NCBI RefSeq assembly: GCF_028641065.1
Contig: NC_073386.1
Location: 31,620,001 to 31,684,000, forward strand
DNA from: Leucoraja erinacea
Taxonomy: Eukaryota
Direction of reading: 5' to 3'
Length of the DNA stretch: 64,000 bases
Part shown: in pieces, positions 12,667 through 24,775 of the stretch
How the letters are laid out: the number at the start of each line of letters is the position of its first letter
Position numbering within the stretch: the first letter of the stretch is position 1
Translations under genes and position numbers: made by a program
Notes under the pieces: model-generated
The model's input: the letters and a program-made list of their open reading frames with translations, nothing else
Database searches by the model: none
What the model was told of the DNA's origin: nothing

Positions 12667-14157
12667 ATGTGATGATTTGCTGAAAATTACATATATATAT
12701 TTTATAGATTAGGATCCAATATTTAGGGTTTTTTTTGTTACTCTGGAGAATAGAGGTGTTTTAAAAAAATATATGGCTCCAAGTTCATTTAGTGCCACTG
12801 AACAGAGAAAGGAAAAGGGGACTCAAGGCCACATTAAGGTGGCTAGATCCCCAGTTCAGGGCAGAATTTATCCCAGGATACCATGAACATAGAACATAGA
12901 ACATAGAAGCTAAGGAGGTCATTGTTTGGCTTCTGATGGAGATTTTTGCAGTTTTGCATGGCTGAGGTGGAAACAGGCTAGGATAGCTAATGTTGTTCAC
13001 TTATTTACAAAGGTCAATTGGGATAAGCCAGGTTACCAGGATAGGCAAGTGAGCCTGACATCGAATGTAGGGAAATTATTGGCAAGAATTCAGAGAGGCA
13101 GAATTTCTGTTCACGTGGAAAGACAGAGTGATTAAGAGGAGTAAATATGCAAGGGATATAATATTTTAGAAATGTAATTGAGTTTTTGAATGGAATTTAA
13201 TCAAGAAAAGTGACGAATGCAAGTCAATAGACATGGTAAGCATGGATTTTACACATGGTTTTGATCATTATGGTGGGCTGGAGTAGAAAGTTAGGGCCCA
13301 AGGGATCGAATGCATGTTTGCAAACTGGAAGCAAAATTGGCTTGGTGACAAGAGGCAGAGAGCAGTGGTGTTTTTCTGACAGGAAGTTTATAACCAATGG
13401 TGTACCACAGGGATAGGTGCTGGGACCAATGTCATTCATCATATATATAAATGATTTAGATGATAATGTAGGTCGATCAGTAAATGTGCTAATGCCGCAA
13501 TAATTGCTGGAGTAGTAGATAGCAAAGAAAGCTGTGAAAGCATCCAGGAGGACATAGATCAGTTGGAAAGTTGGACAGAGTTGCTGTAGATAGAATTTAA
13601 TCCGGTTAAGTATAGGCATTGCTTTTTGGGAAACCAAATACTAATAGGACATATACGGTAAATGGCAGGGAGCTTAAGAGTTTTGATGTGTAGAGGAACC
13701 TTGGGAGGCAAATTCAGAGTTCCCTGAAAATGGCAACACATGTAGATAAGGTAATGATAAAGGCATTCAGAATGCTTGCCTTCATTGGCCAATGATGGAG
13801 TAAAAGTCTTGAGATGTCACCTTGCAGCTGTGCAAAACATTGGTCTAGCTGCATTTGTATTATTGTGAACAATTCTAGTCACCCCACAGCAGGTTCAATG
13901 GGATGTTGTATGGAATGGAGGGCTGTAGTTGTAAGAAGAGATTGCATAGGCTAGGTTTATTCTCACTGGAAAATAGGTGACTGAGCGGTGACCAGATGCA
14001 GGTTTATAAAGTTATGATTGGTATAGGGCAGATAGAATTTTTTCCCAATGGCAGAGGAGTCCAAAACTAGTGGGTAAGAAGGGAGAAAAATTAAAGGAAA
14101 TATGAGGGGAAAACCTTTTGTACAGTATATTTCATACAGTTTTATACAGTATGATGG

Positions 14158-14812
14158 TTAGTTTAGTTTAGTTTATTGTCACGTGCAGATCACAGCAATG
14201 AAGGAGGAGGTACAGTGAAAAGCTTTTGGTGCGTGCTAACCAGTCAGCAGATAGACAATACATGATTACAATCGATTTGTTTTTTTTTTTTTTTTTTTGT
14301 TTATTTTATTAGAAGTTAATACAGCACAAAACAGTACAGTGGAACCTAATTTTAGGTGCCAACTATGTAATACCGTAATCCATTCTATGTACAACCTCTA
14401 GTTTTATGTTATAAGAAGGAAGTAAGCAGGACAAGAAAAAGAAAACAATAGAAAGGGGAAAAAGTGGAAAAATAGATGGTAGAGAGTAGAAAAACGTGAA
14501 GTGTGTATATAAAAAATAAAAAAAAGGAAGAGAGAAAGTGGAAAGTAGAAATAGAAGAGAAGGCCCCTTAAAAGAGAATTTTTCAAATCTGTATTCGGAG
14601 ATGTAGATCTATCCGCGTCATGAACTGAAATCAGCAATCCTTACGGTACCGCTGCATCACATGATTCCAAAAAGTCGATGAAAGGAGACCAACAATCGAT
14701 TTGTTTACAGTGTACATGATAAGGGAATAACATTTAGTGCAAGGTAAAGCCAGCAAAGTCCGATCAAGGATATTCTGAGGGTTATCAAAGAGATAGATAG
14801 TAGTTCAGCACT
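14158..14812 (-). mobile_element. Rex1/Babar-type LINE 3' end, split by an L1 insertion
   Basis: (gttta)n tail; near-identical to 28712-28925. Confidence 0.7.
14283..14691 (-). mobile_element. 5'-truncated L1/Tx1-type insertion with poly(A) and 15 bp TSD
   Basis: Poly-T head on + strand; minus strand encodes ORF2 end WSPFIDFLESCDAAVP*; TSD acaatcgatttgttt at 14268-14282 and 14692-14706. Confidence 0.85.
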
Positions 14813-15026
14813 GCTTATATGGAAGGTGCTGCCCGAGGAAGTGGTAAAGCAGATATAATGGCAAGTTCCCAGGCATTTGGACAGTACTTGGATAAGAAGG
14901 GTATATAGGGATGCAGACAATGGGATTGAGGATGGAGGTCCATTTCTGCATTGTATATTTCTAATGTTAATTAGCCTAAACTGTAACCTTCAAAATAAAT
15001 GTCATAATGTTTCTTCTCTCTTGCAG

Positions 15027-15174
15027 CCCCCAGCAGAAGTAAGTGAAATGTGCTCTCTTGGATAAAAGAGTCTGGACTGGTATCTACGTTTACAGAGTTA
15101 TCATAAATGAACCTGAATGTGATATTGGGTCTGCATATGCAAAACGTGTGAAGAGGACATAGTTATTAACTAGG
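15027..15174 (+). other. dab1: 5'UTR part of the dab1 first coding exon
   Basis: Polypyrimidine tract and acceptor tttcttctctcttgcag ending at 15026. Alternative CAG acceptors end at 15033 and 15036. Confidence 0.75.
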
Positions 15175-15241
15175 ATGTCAACGGAGACAGAAGTTCAACA
15201 GGTTGTCAGAGCCAGCACAAGAAAGGAGTCCAAAAAGAAAG
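15175..15241 (+). CDS. dab1: First coding exon segment of Disabled-1 (Reelin-signalling adaptor); partial CDS
   Basis: ATG TCA ACG GAG ACA GAA GTT CAA CAG GTT GTC AGA GCC AGC ACA AGA AAG GAG TCC AAA AAG AAA G|gtagg gives MSTETEVQQVVRASTRKESKKK(G), matching the recalled vertebrate DAB1 N-terminus [23 protein letters not shown]. 67 coding nt then a phase-1 GT donor, as recalled for mammalian DAB1. In-frame TAG upstream at 15160-15162. The next coding exon (QDRSEATLIKRFKG...) was not found in the window. Confidence 0.93.
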
Positions 15242-18200
15242 GTAGGCTCTCACTGTTGTTGCCTCTCTGTGGACTAATTCAGGGACTCACTGTGTTAATA
15301 AACAGTCCTATAAGGCAATGATTCACATTGTGCCAATAAAAGCTGTTCCTACTTTTATTAATGGTTGCTTTTACGAAATAGTCACATGGATTTAATAATA
15401 CTTCTGGTGTGGAATTCACTAATCTTAGATGGTGTGACAATGCTAATGAATGGTCTCAATATCACTCAATCCAAGCTTAGAAAAATCAACCAAATGCCTG
15501 CTCCTGGCTGATGTCCAATGACTCCTGGAAAGTGCTTGTGCAAAAATCGGTTTAGGTCAAGACTGGTCTGAGTTGGGATGTGTCTTTCACAGGTGATGAG
15601 CCTCTCAGTGCTCTGATTCTGGGCTCACAAGTGAAGAGCAGAGATTGGTTAATGTACTAAAAATCTGATAGAATCTCTAACACAAAAGCCCAGCCTGAGT
15701 TAGTGTCTTTCAGGGAGGGAAGAGGCATTGTTTATGAGTCAGCTCATTATGTGTTTTGTCTGGAAATGGGTTATTATGGAATCAACATAAAGTGTTCTTT
15801 CCATATAAAAGTTGATTTATACTTTTGTCCAAATTGGTAATGGCTGAGGCCATAAATTAAAAAAGTTATTTCAGTCAGGGTAAATATATTTTTTAACAGC
15901 TGTAATAAAGACTGTACTTTATGCCCAAGATATGATTCATTGGCTTTGAATTTTAAAGGAAAATTATACTTACTGACTGATGAGAAAGTTATGGGAGGAA
16001 CAGTTAAAATGGTGGGAATATATTTCTTCCGATACTGTCACTGTTAGTGATCGTAGTGGATGAAGCCACTGCCAGTCTCTGGTATGAACTCATTAATAGA
16101 TCAGAGTTGGGGAAACAAAGGTCATAAGTGATAGGAGTAGATTTAGGCCATTTGGCCCATCAAGTCTACTCCCCAGCAACATTGAAATAAGGCCCATTAT
16201 CTAAAATCTACTAGTCGTCTGTTGGATGGTTCTATTGTCACCAGTTTTGCAACCAGCGTTAAAATCAAAATCTTTGCATTATTTCCTATTTAATGAGAAA
16301 CTACAGAAGATTCATAAAGCACTCCAGTTTGACATAATGTAATCCGAGTGTATTTTGATATCCAAACTCATGAATTCAAATTTGGCTATATTCATTAATT
16401 TATTTCTAATTGTATCTAATTGGTTAAAGATCTATAAAAATGAACTTGAAGCTTTTATCCAGTTCTTTCAGCATGGAAATGCTTGTAATATAGCAAATCT
16501 CCACTTGTTTGGTCATCCCTCTGAATTTTCAATAATATTCATTGTGAATGTTTCGAAATCATGTTCCTTCCATAGGATGCGTTCTGTTTTAAAGGATATT
16601 TTAATTCCAGAGAAGTAGTGTCTCTGATTTTTATTTCTGTTATACTCAGGATCTGTCTGTTATAGTGTGCACTGTATTTTTGGTATTTTGGTGGTGGTTT
16701 TAAAGCAAACTCAATTAACTGCACCAGTCAGAGATTTAAGGGAGGAGGGGACAGCGGGGGTGGGGAGAAATACTTGTGACTTTCCGGGAGAAGTACCAAT
16801 CATGTTTATCCTGGCTGGACCTCCTGGTATCATCAAAGGCAGCCTTTTAATAATTTAGCCATCCATTCAAAGGCATTAATTCAATGGTCAGGACTGCATC
16901 AAAGTTGAAAAGCTTCACGAGAAGCAGTGGTTACATATATTGAGGTTCAGATGTTTTGAAAAATGTCACAGATTAAAAAAAATAAAGAATGAGACAGTGA
17001 CTGTGATACTAAATATATAAAATAACTGTAAATATTTAGATTCCTGAAGACTGAGATCTTTCAGTGCCTCTGGAAAAGGGAAACTGAGAAAGTATGAATC
17101 AGTAAACGAAGCAATGGACAGGCTTAGTGAATGGTAATTTCTCAGGAACAGCACACCAAAATACTACTGTAGACTTTATACGGAAGGTTATTACAGCATA
17201 TGGGTTTTAAGCCATTTGATAATGATTAAGTGTCTACTTGGAAAAACATGTTAGTTTATGAAGACACAAGGAACTGCAGATACTGATTTACAAGAAAAGA
17301 TACAAGGGGGGAAGCTGTTTTAGCAATGTGTGGGTAGAGGGCAAAACTGGTGAGAGAGTGACAAACGCAGACATGAATATTCTTTTTTGGAAGAATAACT
17401 GTGAGATATGGAGAGAAGAGGCTTGAAATGTGAAGCCAGAGGAAGGGATATAGGTAGAAGGGACAGGGGAAGGGAAAGGGAGGGCAGGGTGGTGGGAGAA
17501 ATATGTGTGCATGCAGATGGAGCGGGAGTTAGCAGCCAGCCCAGCAGACGTACTTTAGTGACCGACACAGTGTCTGCAGGAAGCATCAACCTCACCTGTA
17601 ACACACCAGGAAGGGGGGTCAGCAACTCACTGTGGTAGGGGCGGGCTGGCAGACCGGTGAATGTGAAGGGGGGTGGGGGGGTAGGGTGGAAGGTGGGGGG
17701 ATGGGGTGGAGGGTGGGAGAGTGGAACTTCCCTCACTCACACACGGAGCCGTGTGGAAGTGAGCGAGGGTCTGAGGGCACAAGGTCAAGGGGTCGGACTA
17801 ATGGAGAACGCTGCTGAACAACCCAACCTTCCTGCTCCTATTTATAGAGGAATCAGGGACAAAAAACACAGAGAGCTGCCATGTCAAACACTGGATAACC
17901 CTGGATAGATTCCAGGGTCAGCTCTGGTCTCACACTAGGAAGGATGTCAAGAGTTCATAGGGAAGCTGGAATGGGTGAGCAATGAAAGGTCTCAGTCATG
18001 CGTAGACTCTCGTGCTATTTATGTTGCAGGGGAGGGGAGTAGGAAACTGAGAGCATGTTCACAATCCTGTGGTGGAACAAACAAGGAGAAGTTGTTCCAA
18101 GAGTCAAACAACATGGACTTCGGTGATCACACCAGCGGCAATCGGCAGAGAGTGGAGAGACAGCGCTTCAGGAGTCCCTTCACAAAGAGGGCTGGGCCTA

Positions 18201-18255
18201 GCACTGAAGGGGAAACCTTATAAAAGTCTGGGAGGAAGGGCAAGGCAATAAGGGA

Positions 18256-18428
18256 GATTGACACAAAATGCTGGAGTAACTCAGTAAAGCAGCATCTCTG
18301 GAGAAAATGAATGGGTGACATATCGTTTCGGGTTGGGGCCCTTCTTCAGATATGCTGCCTAATCCACTGAGTTACTCAAGCATTTCTATTTTTGGTATAA
18401 ACCAGCGTCTGCAGTTCCTTCCTACACA
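18256..18428. mobile_element. Foldback Penelope-pLTR element, degraded
   Basis: Inverted ctggagtaactcag/ctgagttactc arms, minus-strand hammerhead remnant, imperfect flanking repeat caaggcaataaggga/caaggtaaaaggga. Confidence 0.75.
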
Positions 18429-18989
18429 AGGTAAAAGGGAACTTAGGAGGGTGCTCGTTCAAAGAGACGGGTTGGGCTCAATGGGCCAAATGACCGCCAT
18501 CCACTGCACCCATCGACCTGCAGCAATATTGGTGCCAACTCCACATATTCCCTGCATGTCAACAACTCCAGCGCAACACAACCCCTCTTGCCCAACACTA
18601 CCCTCCCGCCCCAACACCCCTCTCTTCCCCCCTTCCACGGCGTACCCCACCCTCTGCCCTCCCTCGGGTCATGAGGTACTACGTGTGCCATGCCGTCTCA
18701 CTGACCCTGACCCCCGCTCCTGGGGCAGTCACGCCATCACCCCGTCCATCCATACGCCCGGAAACACAGTGATAAACGGAGCGGGCGTTGGTGCCTGGTA
18801 ACCAGTACCTCAGTGACCTGTCGCCCGGATCTCCTGGTAACCGGTTCCCCTGATACCTGGTACCAGTTGACCGGTGTCCCAGGTGGGTGGGGGATGGCCT
18901 GTATTATTATCCACCAGCTTTTGGAGGCCGAGCAATAACAAAAATAATAATCACCTGCTCCTACTTCTCATGTAGGCTCTGCATTAGCT

Positions 18990-19162
18990 TAAAAATACTT
19001 CAAACAAAAATCATACTTCTACAATGCACTAAAACATGATTTTAATACATCAAATTTCAAAAAGTCCCTACTGTGGGACCTCCTCCCACACCCTTCCCCC
19101 GAGGCCGGTGATCAGTGATCGCTCAGCCCCCCCCCACTTTCAAAAACGCTCCGCAGCCCCTG
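18990..19162. mobile_element. hAT-like MITE terminal segment
   Basis: Ends cccccccactttcaaaaacgctccgcagcccctg (reverse complement CAGGGGC...); partner end not confidently found. Confidence 0.5.
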
Positions 19163-19586
19163 TTGAGTGGTTAAACACTTATAGAAAATGTTACTTGGGC
19201 AGCTCCTGATCCGAGACAGCCTGGGTGAGGCATGCGTGTTATCTTTATTGTGGAAGAAAATAAATCGTAAGCTTGGTTTCAGCACCGAATCTAAGGACTG
19301 AGGTAAATATGGTTCTAGGACTTGATGATCTTAATAGGAATATCTTGCTCATTTCTCTTACAGTTAGTTGCTTCTAGTCTTTCCTTCGTGGTTAATTTGC
19401 TGCCCCCCAGAACACCACTGCCATCTCAAACACCACTGGATTCTCAAAATTGGGTTAGTCCAGCAAAGTGTTATCTGTTGCTGACACCATGAGGTCCAGA
19501 CTGGTGGTACTTCCACTGTGAAGACACGTCCTTTATCATCCACTGTCCCCTTCTCCTTCAACTCTCTGGATAGTGCAATTAATTCT

Positions 19587-19788
19587 AAGATAGACACAAA
19601 CTGATGGAGTAACTCAGCAAGACAAGTAGCATCTCTGGAGAGAAGGAATGGGTGACGTTTCTGGTCGAGACCTTCTTCAGACGTCACCCAAGCTTTCTCT
19701 CCAGAGATGCTGCCTGTCCCACTGAGTTACCACAGCATTTTATGTCTACCTTCGATTGAAACCAGCATCTGCAGTTCCTTCCTATACA
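19587..19788. mobile_element. Foldback Penelope-pLTR element
   Basis: Inverted arms; minus-strand CTGAAGA...GAAACGTC at 19654-19680; TSD tgcaattaattct (19574-19586) / tgcagtcaattct (19789-19801). Confidence 0.85.
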
Positions 19789-19892
19789 TGCAGTCAATTC
19801 TGTTTGTTTTAAAGCCACCACCACATCACCAAGAATACAAAATGCACCATAACAGAAAGTCTGAACATGGAGGTGGTACAATAATTTAAATT

Positions 19893-20340
19893 ATAATAAT
19901 AATAATAATAATAATTTTATTTATAGAGCACTTTAAAAACAAACATAGCTGCAACAAAGTGCTGTACATCACTAATCATTGACAAAAAAGTTAATACACA
20001 TCAAAAATAACAATCAAAAGAAATAGTAGGAAAAGACATGTAAAATAAAGAAACATCAAAAACACCACAAACAGAAGCAAAGCCTCAGGCATGGTCAAAA
20101 GCCAGGGAGTACAAATGCGTTTTAACACTGGATTTGAAGATGGACAGTGAGGGGGCCTGTCTGATGTGCAGCGGCAGGGTGTTCCAGAGTGCCGGAGCAG
20201 CAACAGAGAAGGCTCTATCCCCTCTGAGCCTCCGACTAGACCTCGGTACCTCCAGGAGCAGCTGACCAGCTGACCTGAGGGACCGGGCAGGAGTGTATGG
20301 GTGGAGCAGCTCAGAGAGGTAAGGCGGGGCGAGCCCATTC
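19893..20340 (-). mobile_element. L2-clade LINE 3' end, young and 5'-truncated
   Basis: ORF 20085-20342 GLAPPYLSELLHPYTPARSLRS...GDRAFSVAAPALWNTLP...KTHLYSLAF is a typical L2 ORF2 C-terminus; (AAT)n tail. Confidence 0.9.
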
Positions 20341-20454
20341 AATTATCAATTAATAATCTAAAACACAATTATGTATTTGTGTTAAATGATTTAAAAAGCA
20401 AAAGCAAACATGATGTAATTACAAACTCATCTGTTCTTTATGACTTAATTAGTC

Positions 20455-21360
20455 ATATCGTAGAGCTTTTTGCCCACTGTATTCACACTAGCCATCAGGT
20501 AATATTGTCCCATTTTCCAGCACTTGGCCTGAGGCTTTCTGTGTCCTGGTACATTGGGTGCTCATCTAATATGTCCTGATGTATTAGACGTCATCATCCT
20601 CTCAGGCAGTGTGGTCCAGATTTCAGTCACCTGACTTAAAAAAAAATCTTCAAATCTCCTCCATATCCTCTACTCTTTACCTTAAACGTAAGCCCTTTAG
20701 TTATGGATAACTCAGATAAGGGTAAATGCTTATTACTACCTATCCTATCAGTGTACCTCATAATTTTCCATTCCTCAATTGTCCTTCCCACTGCCTTATC
20801 TACCCCAAGGAAAACAAATTCAATTGATCCAGTAGCCCCTGAAACACTCCATCCCATGTAATATCATGGTTAATCTCTACTGCACACTATCTGGTACAAT
20901 CACATTCATCCTATGAATGAAGGTCTTCTTACCAATGAGGATCTTCTTACCATCTTTGTATCACTGTGCTGCAGCCATCAGGGATCCTTGGGCAAGTACA
21001 CCAAGGTCCCTTTGTTCCTCAATACTTCCCCGGTTCCTGCTATTATTGTCTGTACCCTAATGTTATTAGTCCTTCCAAAATGTATCACAGCACATTTATG
21101 AGGATTAAATTCCATCAGCCACTTCTCTGCCTATCCTTCCAAGTCATCGGTAACATACAATAGCCAACACCACCCTCCTCACTTTCAACAATGTCATCAG
21201 TGTTTGATAAACACAATGTGCTGGAGCAATTCAGAGGGTCAGGCAGCAACTTTGGAGAAATGGACCAGGTGACTTTTCAGGTTGGAACCCTTCTTCATCA
21301 GTCTTTGTGTCATCTCGGAAGTTACTGAACAAACTATTTTCATTCAATCCAGATTGTTAA
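20455..21360 (-). mobile_element. Degraded CR1 fragment
   Basis: Reverse-complement CR1 motifs (atcatggttaatctctactgcacac, aggattaaattccatcagccac). Confidence 0.6.
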
Positions 21361-21548
21361 CGCATTCGTAAATAAATAGCAATATTTCATATTTTCTTAC
21401 AATGAGGAGGGAGAACATCAAGCCCATTGAATCAATGCCAATTTTCAGGGCCTTCCTGCCATTCCCATTCACCAAATTAGTTTTTCCGTCTATTCTCTCT
21501 CACTTGAACAACAATCCCTCTCTTGTTCTCCCAACAATCAACACACTT

Positions 21549-21680
21549 CTTGAGAGTTTCAGGGGTTACGGGGAGAAGGCAGGACAATTGGGTTAGGAGG
21601 GAAGGTTGAATGGTCAAATAGATTTGATGGGTCAAATGGCCTAATCCTGCTCCTATTACTTGTGACCTTATGACCTTATG
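21549..21680 (+). mobile_element. CR1 3' tail
   Basis: ggggttacggggagaaggcagg...(gaccttat)n. Confidence 0.75.
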
Positions 21681-24509
21681 AGTTGGAGCCCAGATTATTG
21701 GGTTTTGTAATTGACCTAGATGTTCAATTACATGTTCAACTTAATAAATGCACTTCACAAAGTAAATTTAGTGGCTAGCAATGAAAAGCCACAGCATAGA
21801 ATCACACGGTGTTCCTAATAGACTAAAGTTGATCTGAAAATAAAATTTCAAAACAAATTTGTTCTATTTGCATTCTATTGAAGAATACTATAGATTCTGA
21901 GCAACCAATGCCTTTGCCAGTTTGTACCCTTCCTGGCTGAACAGTAATAAAAATGAAGATAGAATTGTAATGCATTGCATGTAGCAAAACATGTGTATCG
22001 ATGGCAAAGATGTTGCCAACAGGAAGAATTAAAGAAGTTTGAGGAGCACCACTTTGTATTAAAGAAACCTATAATTCACCTCTCCGCCCTCATTAACAGT
22101 GATGGTGGGGTTGGTGCTGCTTAGATCGGGGTCTTTCAGTAAATGTCAAGAATGTACCTGGTGGAGACAAATTTCACAATGTCGCTTAAACAATGGAAAT
22201 ATGTTTTCTATGATATAAGCATAGCTTTAGATCCTATTTGCACCTTCAGACAATACCATTTAAAAATGTGTCCAAGTGTTCATTATAAATTGCAGTCATC
22301 ATTTTCAATATAAAAAGTCACATTTCTTCCTTGCATGGAATATATAAAAATAAGTTACAGCTTCACAATGCAGAATTTTCATTATCAATATTACTTTTTC
22401 TTCCTTTTTGATCCAGCTAACTGATAGCCTTTTACCTTATTGTCTTCCAATTCTTCAAATCCTGTTATATATGATTCTTGCAGTACTAAGTGATTTGGTA
22501 CATATGTCTATTTTTGTCATTTGTGCCAGTTGAAACGATTGATATTTGCCCAGGTGTTTTCCTTTGCAGAACCTGCCATTGTCTTTACTGTTGGCAAATG
22601 ATTAAAGTCTTCTGAAGCTTTCAAATTAGTATGCAATGGCATATCTTTAATTATGGACCTTATTATTTCATCCTGCTGCTCACCATTCCTGCAAGGTCAG
22701 CCCTGGCCCAAAAGCCCAATGTATTTTGAATTGGCTTCTACTTCCCTACTTAACAATCAAAGGCTTAAGTAAATTTTTGTCATAATTTAATGGAAAATCT
22801 CCAGCAATATGGCAATAATAGACTTCAGGGCAATCTGATTATTTTATTCTTTTCAGAAGGGTTTAGTAATTTAGCCATTATCATCTGAGAAAAATAGATG
22901 TTTTTAAAGGGTGTTAGTGGAGATAGAGTTGTAAGGACAGAAAAAATTAACCTGTAACTATACCTTAAGGTACAGTAGGTCAGTGAAATAAGAGCGTATA
23001 GGTTCAGCATCATAAAGCATTAACACGGCACAATTGTGCAGGAGTATTTATTAACATGGTGAATGGGTAGGGTACTGGAAGGCAACAATTGTATTGCAGC
23101 TGTTGCTTTTTGATTAGTATAGCTGAATATATAATAAATACTGTTTACCCCAGAAGGTGAATAATTGAGTAAAGCCAGTCTTAGTCTATCACTGCAATTC
23201 TGCCTTGGGAAAATTCTTTGCAAGTGTGTTATCTACAAACCTTTCTGACCACTTTTCACCAAGCTTCTTCTCCTAATAAGCTTTAGGCTATCAATGTAAC
23301 TGGAAATAGATCAGCTATGTTTGCAAATAGACACGTCAGAACACATATTTAGCAAATGCCATGTTATCAGAGAGGACAGTCTCACATTGTCATAAAGGAA
23401 AGATCACTGAGAATGGAAATATCTTGGAAGCTCAAATACAGAATTCGTAAAGTTATTTTTACTGCTTTAAATAATTCAACAAAGCTCGCACTTATCATTG
23501 CATTCAACATTTTTAAAAATTTTATTTTCCAATTAAGCAGTCTTTTTAAAAATATAATCGGTGTAAGATGTAAATACATATACTAAAAGGGAAGGAAGGA
23601 CAGCATGTAGTCCATAATCATAAACATGTCTGAAACAACCAGCTGAAACATTGTAGTCCTTATGTAGAAGGATCCCACATGTGTACCTATATTTGACATG
23701 GCAATCAAGAGGATTCAGTGATGTATTTACTTTTGTGCTACTAGGAAGGTAATGTAGAAGTAATAATATTCCTATTACTCTCAGCTATGCCATTCGAGGC
23801 AATGGCCTCCATGCATTTGCAAGGTACTGGCCAAGGATTTTTACTAGATTAATGTTGTGCGTCATAAAGATGATATACACTTTGGTTGGCTATTGGTGAC
23901 AGGAAGGAAGATATAAAGCAAACCATAATGCTGAGTTCTTCCAGTACATTGTTTGTTGCTCCAGATTCCAGCATCTGCAGTCTGGTGTGTCTTCATATTT
24001 TTTTTAAATGATAGAAAAACAAAGTAATATACAAATAATAAAGAACAGGTGCAAAAGGCTCATAATTACTAGATTAATAATATGATAAAGTTAATGATAT
24101 ATAGAGATCTAGTTAGCCCCATTGATCAGAAATGTTGTTAAACATGTGCACTGAAAATACTGATACGCAATAAGTTAATAAAGGAGTGCCGGTGTAGAGG
24201 ATGCCATTGGTTAGATTTTTATCTACATTTTTTGGCCTCTTGGGGATCATTGCTGCAGTGTTCAGAGCGTAAATAAGTGGAATTTCATCACCTTCCTGAT
24301 TTGCAGATAATGAAATGATCTGAGGAGTCAGGTGGTGCTACAGAATACTCCGCTTCTAGCCTATCCTTGTAGTCACTGTGTTTGTGTGGCTTGGAGAATC
24401 ACGATCCCAGCCACTGGTGATTCCAGGTCTCTGTTGGTGACAGCATTGAATGTCAACGGGTGGTGGTTGCCCTACTCAGGTGCTCATGACATGATATTTC
24501 TTGGTTCAC

Positions 24510-24775
24510 AAGTTCATATGTTGCAGGAGTAGAATTTGGCCATTCGGCCCATCGAGTCCACTCCGCCATTCAAACATGGCTGATCTCTGCCACTGATCTC
24601 TTTATCCCATTTTCCTGCCTTCTCCCCATAACCATTGACATCGTTCTAATCAAGAATTTGTCTATCTCTGCCTTAAAAATATCCACTCACTTGGTCTCCA
24701 CAGCCCTCTGACTAAAGAAGTTCTACAGATTAACTACCATCTGACTAAAGAAGTTCCTCCTCACCTCCTTTCTAA
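24510..24775 (-). mobile_element. CR1 3' end
   Basis: ggccattcggcccatcgagtc...cctgccttctcccc. Confidence 0.75.

Larger units (their letters stand above)
12930..14960 (+). mobile_element. Degraded CR1 ORF2 and tail, interrupted at ~14158-14812
   Basis: gtgagcctgacatcgaatgtagggaaatt, ggtgtaccacagggataggtgctgggacc, ataaatgatttagatga motifs; tail resumes at ~14815. Confidence 0.7.

Noticed and set aside
15490-15725. Possible ancient SINE relic just downstream of the exon
   Set aside because: Only vague recalled similarity; too degraded to call without a Dfam search
16049-16070. gatcgtagtggatgaagccact resembles the start of the next dab1 exon (DRSEAT)
   Set aside because: Frame-breaking insert and no continuation into LIKRFKGEGVRYKAK; chance similarity
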